Shown: positions 39,530 to 53,560 of the stretch, piece by piece | Numbering within the stretch: the stretch's first letter is position 1 | Layout of the letters: each line of letters opens with the position of its first letter | Assembly (NCBI GenBank): GCA_050084515.1 | Contig: CM114271.1 | Location: 22,382,001 to 22,446,000 of the forward strand | DNA length: 64,000 nt | Direction of reading: 5' to 3' | DNA from: Blasia pusilla | Taxonomy: Eukaryota | Translations under genes and position numbers: made by a program | Notes under the pieces: model-generated | Seen by the model: the letters and a program-made list of their open reading frames with translations, nothing else | Told to the model about the DNA's origin: nothing | Database searches by the model: none

Positions 39530-40475
39530 GAAAATCCATGTCAAGCAATTCAGGTCCATTGCCTAACCCAAGACATGACATCGTGATGGCTCTGATAGTG
39601 ACGATACTGCCGTCACTCCTGTGGAGAATCCCATCGCTCGCTCTCGCTCATCGACGTTGGGCTCCACCAACCTCTGTACGTGGTCATCCCAAACCAAGCC
39701 AGGCTTGGCCTCCTTGAATGTATAGGAAGCGGGAAAAATCACCAATGTGGGAAAGGATGCTCATGGCATGCCAATCCTATTGATCACACTCAAGGCGGTC
39801 GTTCATCTAGCCTCACTGCTTGTGATCGAAGGCTCGGATCCAATATGGAATCCACCAACAAATCGGAGGGGCTCTCCACTCTCGCATATGCCCTCCGTAA
39901 CACCTCCTGTGGTACCAAGTTGGTCCACCAAAGACATGAACAATGTGCTCGTGAACCCACACTCGCTGCATCGAACAACACTGTCGGGCCGATCCATACG
40001 CGCACATGATGCGCACTCGTCACCATGCCGGACCTTGAATCGCCCAAAATTGGCACATTCTCCAAAATGTATGTTGGAGAAAAAGGCTAATGCTCATGTA
40101 AATATTGCAAGATCCGCATCATTTCCCAAAACAACCAGGACCGAGTGTTAGCTAATCCACTACCTCGTCTAGCACTCGATTGGCCTTGACACGGCCAACC
40201 AACAATGACCAAGTCTATTGTCCCTACCTGCTCCAAGTCCTGCGCCCCAAACAATGAAATGTCCCTCGGTAGGGAACTCTCGTAACCCTGAATGGCCCAC
40301 GCAAACAACAAGTCGGGAAAACAGAGGCGTAACAATGCCACATGGTGAAGTGAAGCGCGCCTCGCAACATCATCAATCTCCACATACAGGTACTGCAGCA
40401 CGTGCACTCCAACATGCAAAACAACAGCTAACCTAGTGCTAATCCCTCCAAAGAGATCCAACACTCGAATACCCT
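39530..40475 (-). pseudogene. C5 cytosine DNA methyltransferase domain with all major motifs, DNMT3-like (copy 2)
   Basis: Motif I VLDLFGGI (~40461-40441), II YVEID, III DI, IV IDLVIVGWPCQGQS (40200-40180), V GL..TRS.LFWE, VI ENVP, VIII LWWTN, IX ERERAMGF..GVT, X HVLG*AMD. Confidence 0.92.
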
Positions 40476-43400
40476 TCCCTAGGATGCACCACACAATCGA
40501 GGTGGTGTCCAAAGGGGTCATAGCAACACTCCTACCTACTTGGGGTTCCTCTGACCCGTCATACTATGGTGCAAACGTCTAGCTCCATGCAGTTGGCACA
40601 TGCTCAGTCGCTAAGCATCAAAGCTCCTCAGTCGAGCCCCAAAGTGGCACCTCTCCTCCATGGACTCATGGCATTGCTAAATGCTGCTAAGGTCGCCATC
40701 TCTCCTAGCCGTCGCTCGATCACTACACCTATGAATCGAATGGGTAATGAGCTAAGGCGCCCATCACCTGATTGCCATCTTGGTCTGTAGGACGCTGACT
40801 CCTCCTAGTAATCCAGGGAAAACCCCATCGGGTGTAACACTACTCCACCAACCAAGACGTCGTAGGACTCTGTATCAGTCACTATCGCCTTGGCTCGCAC
40901 CATGGACTCATCTATAGGATGTCCCAAGAAAATCCTCATCACGACCTCCTGTCGGGTGATATACTGTGTGGTACTTGCTCCACCCAAGGATGTCTGTATC
41001 CGAAATGGACAACGCTCCACATTGGCTCTTGTTAAGCCCAGTCCTTTGAATGACGCTTTCCCCAACATCAGGGGTTGCGCTCTTGAATCCAACAAGACGC
41101 GCTATGGACTAAAAGCTCTACCTCCGGGACTCACTAACTGGAAGACCTCTCCCCGATTATCCAACAACACGACACCAGGAGAAACCATGGCACGCTCTAT
41201 CGCGGGTCTAGCGGGCATCTCCGCCATCCTAGCAGCCGTAGCCTGCCATGAATCTGACGTGGACGGCCCAAGCATCCGCTCCAAGGGCAGGTCCATCACC
41301 TCCTCTGCAATCAACTCTCAACGTGATGGAGGAACTCCAACTCCACGGTCACATAGCATAACGGCCAGCCAAAAAACCTCGGCGGGCATACCTTCCAACG
41401 TCATAACATCACAAGCAGAAAATAAAGGAGCGCGGTACACAACGGTGGCCGCCCCCAACAACGTGCTTGACACATGCTCCTCCTGAGCATTAGCAATTAT
41501 CTTGGTCTATTTCCTAGCTTCCCCTCATTGTGGATCCAACTCTGCGGCTGCTCCATGGTCACAACTACGGCGGCCTCTATCTGGAAAACCCTGCACATCC
41601 AACCAGGATCCTCCATATCTCTGGCTGCACCATATAATATCGATGCCACGGATCCGACATTGGGTAACCTCAATGCCATAGCGGAAATATGCTCCTGTAG
41701 TTGTTGTATATGAGCAGCCATCCCAACCTCACACATGGCATTTCCCTCGACGTGTCTAAGTGGTGGGACTCTACCTCCTCCACGGACAACTCCACCATCC
41801 TTTTGGGCAACTCCAGCTCCTCATATCCCAACGGGACCACCCGATGCACGATCTCTAGGCCCACCCGCATTGGCTACTCGCTCTGGTGCCCTCTCTCGCC
41901 CTCAGTCCGGACGTAACTCAGGGTGTAAACTGAAACTCCTGGCGCGTGTGTGACCATACTTTTAACAATAGTCACACTGATAACCTCATGGTGCAGCACC
42001 ATCTCCTCCTCCATGATGAGGCACCCGTCCATGATCCTGATGAGTGCAATCACGATGATGATGGGCTCCACCACATGACCAACAAGTAATCATAGGCGGC
42101 GGCTGCTGTTGAGCCGCATATGAAGGCGCAGGTCTCTGTGGCAAGGCCTCTTGGTATTCTCCCTGAGCTCATGGTGCCAAAGTCGACCTATCTTGGAGTC
42201 CACGTTGCTCCACTGGTGATGCAGACAATCGTGATTGCTCTCGCCTAGAACCAATGGTGGCTACGCTCTCCTCCGCCATGTTGCGCTCAATGTTCTCAAC
42301 GGTCCTAACCCGGTCGTCCATCTTGTACGCCCAACTGGGGGGACCACTCAATATGTACGGTGGATCACTAACACACTCCTCTACATGCTCCCCCTTGTCT
42401 GCAGATGACACAGAAGGAGATCAAGGTGGTCTCCCATGTGGAGACCCCTGAAACCTCGTACCACTCCGAGTAAATCCTCCAGAGCTACTCTCAGGTCCAC
42501 TACCTCGTCTCTCAAAATCCTGAAAGGACGCCATGATGGCCCTTGTGCCCCTCTCATACGATCAATCTCAATCTCACAAGTAATCCCTCAATCACTAAAA
42601 CTAAACATTTGGCACTCAATCTACACTCTCTCACTAAGACGTATGCTATGCGGAAATAAGCGGCGTAGTCCGAAAAATCAACTGATCTATTGTCTCATCG
42701 ACAAACCATCCTCAACTCTGGACATTCCACACAAGCCTATGTCCCCTAAACCCATACATCATCAATGCTCTCAGAATCAGCATGAAACCCAATATCCCAA
42801 ATAACTTCCCAATACCCGGAAATCCCTCACATGTACAGGGTAAGAGACCAGAATGGGTAACCTCACAATAATGTTAATGTCGCTCCCCGGCAAGTGCAAA
42901 TCTCAACCCCAACTCGGTCGTGAAGAAAACTCATCCAATCAGCAAGTCGTACTCCTCTTGTACTAAGGCTGCTCAACCTACTCGATGTGCAGTGCAGGTC
43001 CAGAGTTCTGGTGCGGCACTGGCGGCACGGAATGGCTACAAACGGCACGACACTCGAGAATGGGGTGCGGCACTTGGCGGCATATCCTCCTCAATTAGCA
43101 ATTCACACGCTCTGCTCCTTAGTGAAGGAGCGGCTCCATGATCGAGACGGTGCGATGCGGCCACGAGCGGCACTGTACGGCAATTTGGCGGCCCGTTGCG
43201 GCTACGGGCGTCACGGCACGGTACTCGATCGTCGTCGAGCGGCTACCAATCACAACATAGTAGCATGAAATGAAAACTCAAACACCTCTGGTTTAGGGTT
43301 TGAACAATTTAACCCTAAAAATCACCTAGAAATGGCAGTTTTGCAAGATTGACCATAACTTTTTGCTCGCAACTCCAAATTATGCACCATCTATTGCACA

Positions 43401-45149
43401 ACGTGCACAACTTCACGATCTACGACAATGTTAAAAAATGTTTTAAATCAGACATTCCTATAAAAATATACAAGGACTGCTGTAAAGTCCAATGTCCCTT
43501 TTCTCCTCCACAAAATTTGATAGCGCTTCCGCGCTGATTTCTTCCAAAAAAAATATAAAACTTGTGAGAACACAAATCAGCAAGCTACATGGTGCTCCCA
43601 AGAGCATTGGCATGGAGCAATCCGCTCCCATACTCAATTCTTATCAAAAATTGGGAAGCGGTTCTGCGTGCCACTATCCCGTACAAAAAATCAGCAAAGC
43701 AAAACAACAAACTCGCACGGCTCTTGCTCCGGTGTGCACTCCAATGAGCCATGAAGCAAGGAATACCGTCCCCCAATCTGCACCAAACATCAAGCAACCA
43801 ACGAGCTCCCCCATAAAGCTCTCTCACTCACTCATTCTCTCTTTGTAAAACAAGATCCAATCTCTCCCTCACAACACCGTGGTTCTCACATGTGTGCACT
43901 CTCACATGTCTCTCTAAATGTCAAACCAAACCCACTCTCCTAATGAGAGACTTTGGTTACACTCACAAGGCAAGGGACCATAGCTCCGTCGCCTTATGCC
44001 AAGAGGTTCAACAAAGAGAGAATGAGCTCTCAAGCTCTCTATCACGACTATTAGGATAGATCGGTGGGATCTAGCAGGGAGTCTTCACGAGAAGTGGAGG
44101 ACAGGCCGAAGAGGTCGAGGATGACATGCTGACGCCTTGAGAAACCTGAGAGAGCAGGTTTTCCCTTCGTTTTGGCTCATTTGGAGTCATAGAGAAACTT
44201 ACTATTTTGGGTAAGTTCCCATGTTGGGGATCATTGACTTTCCACTTTGGGAAGTGGTCCTTGACCCGCTACAGTAGGTCAAGAGCCAAGGAGGTGACGT
44301 GCAAGCATAGGTTAACGTTGAGAGGGCTTGGGAGAGGGAAGGGAGTATACCTCCAAGAGAGAATGAGCTCTCAAGATCTCTCTCCAAGAGAGAAAGCTTG
44401 AGAGCTCTCTCTCTTGGAGAGAGGTCTCATTCTCTCTTTGTTGAACCTCTTGGCATAAGGCGGCGGAGCTATGGTCCCTTGCTTTGTGAGTGTAACCCAA
44501 GCCTCTCATTAGGAGAGTGGGTTTGGTTTGACATGAGAGAGAATGCACACCTTTGAGAGCTATGGTGTGAGATGGTGTAGAGAGAGATTGGATCTTACTT
44601 TACAAAGAGAGAATGAGAGAATGAGAGAGTGAGAGAGCTTCATGGGGGAGCTCGCTGGTCACTCGCTGTTTTTGCAGGTTGGGGACCGTGTTCCCCATTC
44701 AGCGGCTCATGGGAGTGCTCACCGGAGCAAGGGCTGCTTTGAGTATTCTTTGCATTAGCCGATTTTTCGTGTGGAAGAGTGGCACGCGGAAGCGCTATGA
44801 TAATTTCTGATAGGGATTGATTATGGGAGCGGGTTGCCCCATTCCGGTGCTCTCAAGAGCACCATGTAGCTTGCTGATTTTTATTTTTACAGGTTTTCCA
44901 TTTTCGTTGGGAGAAAGAGACATTGGGCTTTACCACAGTCCTTGTCAATTTTTACTCGAGTGTCCAATTCCAAATATTTTTTAACACCATTGTAGATCGT
45001 GAAGCTGTGCACATTGTGCAATAAACGGTGCACAATTTAGAGTTGCAAGTAAAAAGTTATGGTCAATCTTGCAAAACTACCATTGCTAGGCAATTTTTAG
45101 GGTTAAATTGTTCAAACCCTAAACCACCCGCCATCGTCATAGTCACCGT

Positions 45150-45275
45150 CACCGATCAACGGTAAACCGTTACCATTAATGGTCAATCATCACCATCAAT
45201 GGTCAACCATCACCGTCAACGGTCCTTCGCCACCATCAACGGTCAACCGTCACCATCAACGGTCCACCATCCACC
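45150..45275. repeat. ~20-bp tandem array (CACCATCAACGGTCAACCGT-like) in the 5' leader of copy 3
   Basis: About 6 degenerate units within a ~350-bp segment that is absent from copy 2. Confidence 0.75.
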
Positions 45276-47630
45276 GGCCACCGTCAGCCGTTGCCGTTGC
45301 CAGAGCCGCATTTGGCCGTTGTCCACCCTTTGGTTGCCATTGCCGCCATAACGAAGTGGAGGGTCTTCCACGACCACCGTTGATTCTCTGACTTGCGCCG
45401 TCACCAAGTACTTTGGTTTGGCCGCCACCGTCATCGCAGTTTCGTGATCAACTAGTGATGGTAGATGACCTCCGATTATGGTGTTTGAGTTTTGATTTTA
45501 TGCTGCTATGTTGTGATTGGTATCCAATCGATGACGATCGAGTATCGTGCTGTGATGCCCGTAGTCGCAACGCGCCGCCGATTGCCACTCGTGGCCGCAC
45601 CGCACCGTCTCGATCGCCGAGCTGCACCGTCATTGTAGAGCAGAGTGTGGGTTTATTGTTGATTGAGGAGGGTATGCGGCCGAGTGCCGCATCCCACCAT
45701 CGAGGGCCGTGCCGTTTGTAGCCATTTTGTACCGCTTGCAACGACGTACCATTATGTTGGAACCGCACTGTCCATCGAGGAGTTTTGAGCAGCGTCAGTA
45801 CGGGAGGAGTATGACTTGCTGATTGGAGGAGTTGTCTCCATGATCGAGTTGGGGTTGAGATTTGCAGTTGCTTAGGAGCGACATCGACATGCGTTCAGGT
45901 TACCCATTCTTGTCCTTTACCCTGCACGCGTGTGGGATTCTGGGGATATTGGGTTGTGTGGATGCTGAGAGCATTATTTATGTATGTGGTTTAGGGGACA
46001 TAGACCTGTGTTGGATGTCCAGAGTTGAGGGAAGGTTATCGATGAGATGATAGCCTGGTCAATTTGCCACACCACGCCTCTTGTTGTCGCACGTTACACG
46101 TCTCGGGGAGGGAGAGTGTAGATTGAGTGCCGCATGTTTGGGATGAGTGATTGAGGGATTACTCACAAGGTTGAGAGTGATCGTGTGAGAGGGCCACGAG
46201 GGCCACCATGGCGTCCTTTCAGGATTTTGAGATGCGAGGTAGTGGACTTGAGAGTAGCTCTGGAGGGTTTATCCGGAGTGGTGCCAGGTTTGGAGGGTCT
46301 CCACGTGAGAGACCACCTCGATCTCCTTCAGTGTCGTCTTCAGACAAGGGGGAGCGTTGTCGTGTCGAGAATCTTTCTTCGAGCAAGGGCGGGCCTTCTA
46401 GCTGCGGTAGATGCGGTCGATGCAAGGTGAACTCTCTAATAAGTTCTCCTTTTTCAATACAAAATTATGATGTACACTCTCCATTCTCTCACGACAGGTA
46501 TCACAAATGGAAGTGCCGAGGCGATCACTTCTTCGTAACATCGGACCCCGAAATTCCTAACTATAAAATCCATATAAACTATTTTACGTTTGTACACGAG
46601 GAAGATAGCACAACTAGTGTTAAACCCTACTTGACCAGGCCTATTGACATCCATGGATCGCTATATAAGGACATACAAAGTACAATCCCATGTCCTTCCA
46701 TATGTGACGATAGGAAGAATCACCGGAGTTGGAGATTGCATGACCTGGTTCATGAACGCCTCCCCAAAGTGATAAACTAAATAGCGAGTGAACCAGTGCC
46801 TATCTACAAAGAGTACCTTGGCATGGTAAGGATTGAGGAAAGGAAAGTCGGGCACAGCTCGTGCTCCACCCCTATCCATGCTTGACACACATTCTCTACT
46901 CTCCTCAAGAATGGGTTTTGGCGGAGTTATTCTCCCAAGAGGGGTAATCCACTCTCATTGGGGAAGTAACAAGCCAAAACTTCCGCTATTTTAGTATGAC
47001 TAAACTCCTCTACGGTGACAAACCTCTCATCCCCACACACACACACCACACTCTAGAAATCTCTCAAAGAATAGACCATAGTCAAGTTACTCTCCCAAGA
47101 GGGGTGATCCACTCTCATTGGAAGAGCAAGCAATCCCAAAGCCATACACTCAAGAGAGACACGAGAGACTCAAGATGTGGAATAGAAGGATATGAACCCT
47201 TGAAGGTCCCTCCTCTTTATATACTCACAAGGGATCCACAAGAGTACGAAATAGAGCTTATCTTATCTTGTGCCACATGGCTTCCTCTCAAGGCTTAGCC
47301 AATCACATTTTGACACAAGTAGATTTCCTCTTATCTCTTCCAAAATATCCTCTTTTACCCACATGATATTTTCCAAATTACCCCAACTAACCTAGCCACC
47401 AACCAAGACTACTTTTGCTTTTCATTAAAGCAACTACTTTACTTTTATAAAGTCATCTTTTATTTATTACCTCCTTTTCCTAAAGTTGGGCCCGCATAAA
47501 AGAGGCACCATAAAGAGGTTTAAACATAAGAATCTCCTTTTTCTAAGCCAATTTACTTAATACTAATGAAACTCTATCTAACACTTAATGACGAACGAGT
47601 TTACACACTGGTTGATTTTACTATACGACA

Positions 47631-47642
47631 TTCATCCCCTCC
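47631..47642 (-). promoter_or_regulatory. Polypurine tract of family B
   Basis: GGAGGGGATGAA immediately precedes TGTCGT of the 3' LTR. Confidence 0.85.
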
Positions 47643-47725
47643 AAACCTGCACATCCTCCGGTATGTGCCCAAAAACATCAAGACTTCTTGCTATAGACTT
47701 ACTTATGTTGTGCCTCTAGACACAT

Positions 47726-50700
47726 TCAATCGAAATCAAGAAATCCTTCACGTCTACGGAAAATCTTGACCCTTTTTCCTACAATGGGCAGCTTGAGAAT
47801 TGTGCCATCTAGTTCACGTAGTTTGTAAGTGGCATTGTCAAAAGCAAAGACTATAACATATGGACCAAACCAACGACGTGCAAACTTCTTAATTGTAGTA
47901 TGCTGGTTGTCAAGGATGTTGTCGTGCACCAAGACCCAATCTCCTTCTCTTATCGGCTCCTTCCGAAGTCGATGAGTTTTGTCGAAGCGCTCCTTATTTT
48001 TCAACCTTGCTTCCTTCATTTTGACTAACGCTTCTGCAATATCCTCTTCCCGCCGCTCTAGCTGCTGCATTCGAAGTGCTAGGAGCTCTTCCCTATTGAG
48101 CCCGTCTTCCCACGACAAACCCATCCAAGTGGGTATATCTCCTTCTGCTGGCATTATCGGCTTTTGACTGTCATCAACTCAGAGGCATGAACCCCTCAGA
48201 ATGGTGCCGTGAGTGGTTCTATCGCCCATAAAGCAAATGGAAGTAATCTAGGCCAATCAACATAACGATCTCCACACGCCTTTACCAATGCTTGAATGAT
48301 TGGCGGATGTCCCCTTTCGCTCTTGCCGTTTGCCTCCGGATTCATGGAGGTTGTTAATCTCAACTGGACTCCATATCTCCTGAAGAACTCTCGTGCTTCC
48401 TCCGCATTCAACTCACCTCTATCTGCACGGATTCTCCCGACACTCCCATATCTAGCAACAATATCCTCTAGAATAAAACGACATATAGGCTGTTGTTTTA
48501 GCCCGTAAAGCCCTCCCTTCTACAAAGTTGGACAACTCTTCTCGTGCTAGGACCAGTAACGATTCCCCAAAGACCTAGTGGCATAGCAACTAGATCTATA
48601 ACCCATTGATGATGAATAGACAAAGGATATGTGGGTTTAAGTCCATCTCTCACCCTGATTTTTGATTGAAACTGACATTCAACACACGACCCAACATATC
48701 TCTCAACATCCTTATATAGGCCTTTCCACCAATACCTCTCTTTTATCTTGGTGAAAGTTGCCCAAGTACCTCTGTGACGTGCCCATAAAGAATTGTGGAA
48801 TTCTTTGAGCACTTGCATTTTTGTCCCATTGTCATCCACCACCCTCAAGGGCATTCCATCTTTCCTCTTTGGCCTTTTCCAAAGATATCCATCTTGTAGT
48901 AGATAGCCATACGCCTTGTGCCGAATCTCCTTGAAGAACTTTTCTGTCCACCCTCCATCTCTTTGCAGAGTGCTTAAATAGCGCCCAATTTCTTTTAACC
49001 TGCCCTCATACAAATCCTCTTTGAAGGATAGAACATCCTCTATGCCACCTTGTTCTTGAGATAACACTTGCCACACATGTGCATCATCCTCATCTATCTC
49101 AGTTGCCTCCATATCTTCTTCTTGACTAAATCTAGCTCTAGACAACATGTCAGCTACTGAGTTCTCTTTCCCAACTATATGCTTCAATTGTGGATTCAAG
49201 GACCTAATGTAGGCTATCCAACGTAGCATGGCTATATCTGGAGTTGTACAATCTTCGCAATCATACCTAACAAAGGTAGACAATCAACCTCAAGCAATAC
49301 ATAGGCTCCCATAAGATACTCCTTCTCGCTTTCATTGCGTTACAACTCCCCAAAGCTCCTCTTTACCGAGGGTACCTCCTCAATCGTTCCAGTAAGTGTA
49401 TGAGCTCCAAACCTTGTCGCAAATCTTCTTCCTTCCGTGTCATCCTCGCCTAACCGCCCATCCGATAGCAATAGGGCTAGTGTCCTTGTGATGATAATAG
49501 GTCGTCCGCATTCGTAGCTCATTTGTCGTAAAACAAGTGGCGACTTCAATGCCTCCTTCAATGCATCATTCTTTGCTCTTTGCTTCTTCTCCCAAGTGAA
49601 CTTCTTCTTCTTTCTCAACAACTCATACAAAGGATCAGATATGTGGCCAAAATGAGGAATCCACACATGATAGAACACACAAGCTCCTAAAAACCTTCTC
49701 ACTTGGTGCGTTTTTGCATTCTCGTATCCTCCCAATGACATCAACTTTTGCTGGATTTGGTTTGGCCAAACTCTCCACAAAGATGACCCACTACCACGAT
49801 CCGAGGAACCCCAAAGCTACACTTTTCTCCGAAAGAGTAAGATTGACCTCTTCTAGTCTTGTTAGGATCATATCCACATCTCGAATATGATCAGACACAA
49901 ACTTTCTACACCCATCTTTCACAACCCTCTCAATCCTATCTTCTATTGCACATCCCTTTATAGGGATATCATCTACAAAAGGAATGGTTTTCTCAGGAAT
50001 GAACTCTCTCAAGATCTTATTCATTGCACTCTACATGTGAGCGATAGAATTTGTTGCTCCTTGAGGTAATGTGCACAATCTTACAAGCCCAAGTGGAGTG
50101 CGCATAGTGGTAATATCTCTACTCTCTGTAGCTAATTGGAATTGATCATATCCTGAGTGCAAATCTCCTATAGAATAGATAGCACGGGCTGCAAAAGCTT
50201 CTGCGACTTCATCTATTCTAGGCCCTATGGGAGCAGGGCCTAGAATAGATGAAGTCCCATATTTCGAATGGTTACCTTATTTTCCGGTTGCATATCTTGA
50301 ATGAACCGGAGAGCTCCTGATTTCTTCGACACAGTGAACCATTGACTCGAGTAAGGCCCCATAGATGGCTCTAAGATACCCATCTGCATCTTCTCCTTCA
50401 ATAACTCAATCAGCTTGGGAATCATAGCTTGTGGTACTGGTATGGGTTTCAAATCCCAAGGCACATGTGGAACTGTGAAAATTACCATCAGTGCCACTAC
50501 ATTCGTGTCTACACAACCAATTTCTTGTGTAGTAAAAGAGAAAGCCTTACCATGTCTCCTTAACATCTCCCGAAAGCATTTTCTTTCAATTTCTGTGAGA
50601 AACTCAGCCCCTCCGATTTGCAGACGATCTAGCGTCTCTTCTGTGAACTTGTGTCCTATCTTCTTGACATCCCGCAGACTTGGCTCCATTGATGCACGTT

Positions 50701-53514
50701 CTACTTGTCTTCCACAACCCTCTGGTAGTTGAGTAGCAATTGGTTTCACTTTCCGGGCCACTATCTTGTATTTTGTGTGCACTTGTGCCTCCATGGGATG
50801 TTCGTCAGACTCAAACCCGTGCCCATCCGCTTCCTTCTCCGTAGATTCATATTCATTTTCTCCTTCCATGAACCTTGATATCTCTTCATGCAACTCACGC
50901 GAGTGAATTGCAATCACACTTCTATCCAGCGAATCGGTGTTCATCTGGGTAAACACCTCTTCAAGACTATCTCCAAAACCCTCTTCTTCATACATCCCAC
51001 TAATGAACTCTTCATCTAATAGAACACCCTCACATTTTAACAAACCCTTTTTTTTTTTTATAAAACGTCTTTTCTTTTCATTCATTTCTTTCATCATTTG
51101 GAATCTATTAGACCACGAAGAAAAACATTGAGAAAACCCACACCTAAACATATATGATTCTTCCCCCTCTACTAGCGGAAGACTCTTTCTATTCTCTGCA
51201 CCCCCATATTCCCGCTCTATAGGAGTGCTAACTAAAAATCCGAAAACTCTTTCTCTACCTTCATAGGACCATCTCTCAACTTCTCTCTATTCCTTTCATG
51301 ACCTATTAAAGAAGGAATTGAACTGATCTTGTTCCATCCTCGACTTCTAATACGGGCATAATGAGACCCATCATCCATGACTTTGGTCTCCATTCTAGAT
51401 CTTTGTGATGTAAGGTTGCCCAAGAATCAGAATAAGCGGCTCCATTCGAACAAAGAAATTTTGCTCAATCAACACATCTCCGATACGAGTTTTGACGGAT
51501 GGACAAGCACCATAGAGTTCACCTTTTTGGTTGTTAGCCGCTCGTAGTACCCATCCATGCCCTATATCAATTGGCCACATCCCTTTGTCGTACACACTTC
51601 GTGACATGATGTTGATCTCTGAACCATGATCAATGAGAGCCGTAATCGACTCTTGAAGAGAGCCAAGTCGAACTCTAGCCTCCGTCGTTGCACGCCCAAT
51701 ATGATCGAGAATAGTGTCCACCATTATGCCTTTCTTCACCTTGTTCTGTCAAGGCTTCTCCTACTCTCGCCTCTTTTCCCCGTAAGTCAAGCTTTTGTCC
51801 AAACACTTGGCAAAGCTCTTCATCTTCTTCTTCTGTGATGTCAGTATCCAAAGCTCTCACCATCACCATATCTGCAGTCATCTGCCTCTTCCTTTGGATC
51901 ACATCTATGATCAACTCATGAAAGTCACGTTTGGCTATGCCCAAGACTTCCCTCAAAGAAAACTCTATTTTCGCATCCAAAATCCTCTCCTCAAGAATCT
52001 CCTTTAAATTCGTGCTTGTCTCGATATGAGACTGCAACTTGTATGTAGGAGTCTTACCCTTGGTCTTCTGAGGAGACCTCAATTCGTTCTCCTTGGTCCC
52101 TGCTTCTTTGACATGAGAATCCCTCACAGATTCAGATGTGGAAGGTCCTTCTTCTCTTGATGGCTACGCCTCCGGTTGTTCTTTTCTTCTTAAGGTCCTT
52201 GCTCTTCTTGCGGCTTCCTCAACATCAACACCATCATTATCGCGTCTCCTCTTCTCCTCCACACTAGCATCTTGCCAACTCACATGTTTCTCTTGTGCTA
52301 GGTATGCTTTAACACACCCAGCTTCCACTGGATCATCCCATCCAGTCAGATGACGGATAGTCTGCCCCTCGTATCATAACTTCTCGAGGAAATTCTAATG
52401 ATTCACTTTAGCTACAGATACAATAGGCGCTTCAATTTTCTTTGCAAAGGTGTCGAATCTAATGTCGAGTGGCAACTCCTACTTGACTTCTCACTAATCC
52501 TTTCATACCTCCTCTACCAAAGTTGGTATTCAACAAAGCATACGGTCTGCGTCGAATGAATCTTCCCATCTTTGAAGTTTACTATTCCATTTCTAAGAGC
52601 TTCTGAAAATTCCTCACATTCTCGACGTTGATGCTCAACACTATCACACCATATACATCTTCTCACAAAGTTCTTACTTGTTGAAGGAGCACCAACACTA
52701 GGATTCCTATCAAGTTTAAGCTCAGCCATTTCTACTCTTAACTCTCTCAAACCTTTCACCAACTCATCAATGGTAGAATCTTCAAGCTTTGTTGGCATGG
52801 GCTTAGGCAATGGATTTGAAATTGGTACCTCCGACTTGAATACTGTGGTTCTACCTCTACTTCGACTTTGCTTTGTGAGGATAGCAATGACTTCTTCCAC
52901 TTTCTTCCAATTAGTCCGACACCTCCTTCTTCATTCTTGTCCGCCAACATTATGAAAAGCTTGTCCTCCAAATTCTCATCTACCGCCTCAAGGAATAACT
53001 CGGTTTTCCTCAAGTCTAGAGTTGCCCTTTCAGAAGGAGAAAGCTGAAAAAACCGCTTCTCAAACTCACGCAACAATTCATTTGGAGTCATTCCCTTCCC
53101 TGGACGTTGCTCTATCCATTCTAGAAAACTCCTCTTAGTCACCCGATCCACATCATCATCGAAGAATTCTCCTTTTAGCAACTGTTCGTACTCCTCCCAT
53201 GAGGTTGGATTTTCTGCTCTCAACTTCTTTACTTGACTACGGATCTCTGGTATTACAGCTAACTCAAAACTTGACACCATATCACCTTCGGGTACACGGT
53301 TTACCTCCATCTCACAAACGTACTCTCGAACATACTTGGTGATGTTCCTGCCATCAAATCTCCCCAACTTCTTCACAATCGCTTGGAGAGCCCTTGTTGA
53401 TCTTTGCTCTCCGATGTGAACTCCTCCTTGTTGGCTCAACAATGTTGTCAAAGTTCGGAGAAGATCCTCAGCTCCCTCAGTTCCCATTGATGAAGTACTC
53501 CCAAAAGTAGTCAT
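47726..53514 (-). pseudogene. Family B gag-pol, frameshifted
   Basis: Gag (GRFDGRNIT), knuckle CIWCDSVEHQRREC, protease LIDHGSEIN, RT (RFIQDMQP, FVDD), RNaseH (RWIAYI..NSVADMLSR), integrase (WWKGLYKDV..C..C, NPEANGKSERGH, WFGPY). No chromodomain. Confidence 0.95.
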
Positions 53515-53560
53515 CTTGATACGACTCCAACTTGCAAACACAAACAACCGCCTCAAAGAG

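Larger units (their letters stand above)
34541..44039 (-). mobile_element. Family A Ty3/gypsy copy 2: A1-gag-PR-DNMT-RT-RH-INT-PHD-B1-gt-A2-B2; A1 continues at 61592-~61772
   Basis: Minus-strand motifs LDSRAQPLMLG (protease), a full DNMT, RT, integrase and PHD (CMLC...CDGC..GWHMAC...WMCPIC). B1 is 35303-35170, A2 is 35167-34670, B2 is 34669-34541, and the A1 part is 44039-43846. Confidence 0.92.

Noticed and set aside
39530-40475. Host DNMT3/DRM gene or bacterial restriction-modification contamination
   Set aside because: The domain is intronless, in frame within pol, at the same position in several TE copies, and decays with them.
34541-44039. DIRS/Ngaro tyrosine-recombinase element
   Set aside because: The ends are split-repeat-like, but pol encodes an aspartic protease and an HHCC/DDE integrase in gypsy order, the termini are TG...CA, and I saw no tyrosine recombinase motifs.
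46208-46780. 190-aa ORF and similar ORFs at 17941, 19195, 53650 and 54787
   Set aside because: These are chimeric read-throughs between family A gag and family B LTR sequence, or chance LTR ORFs that recur only because the LTR is repeated.
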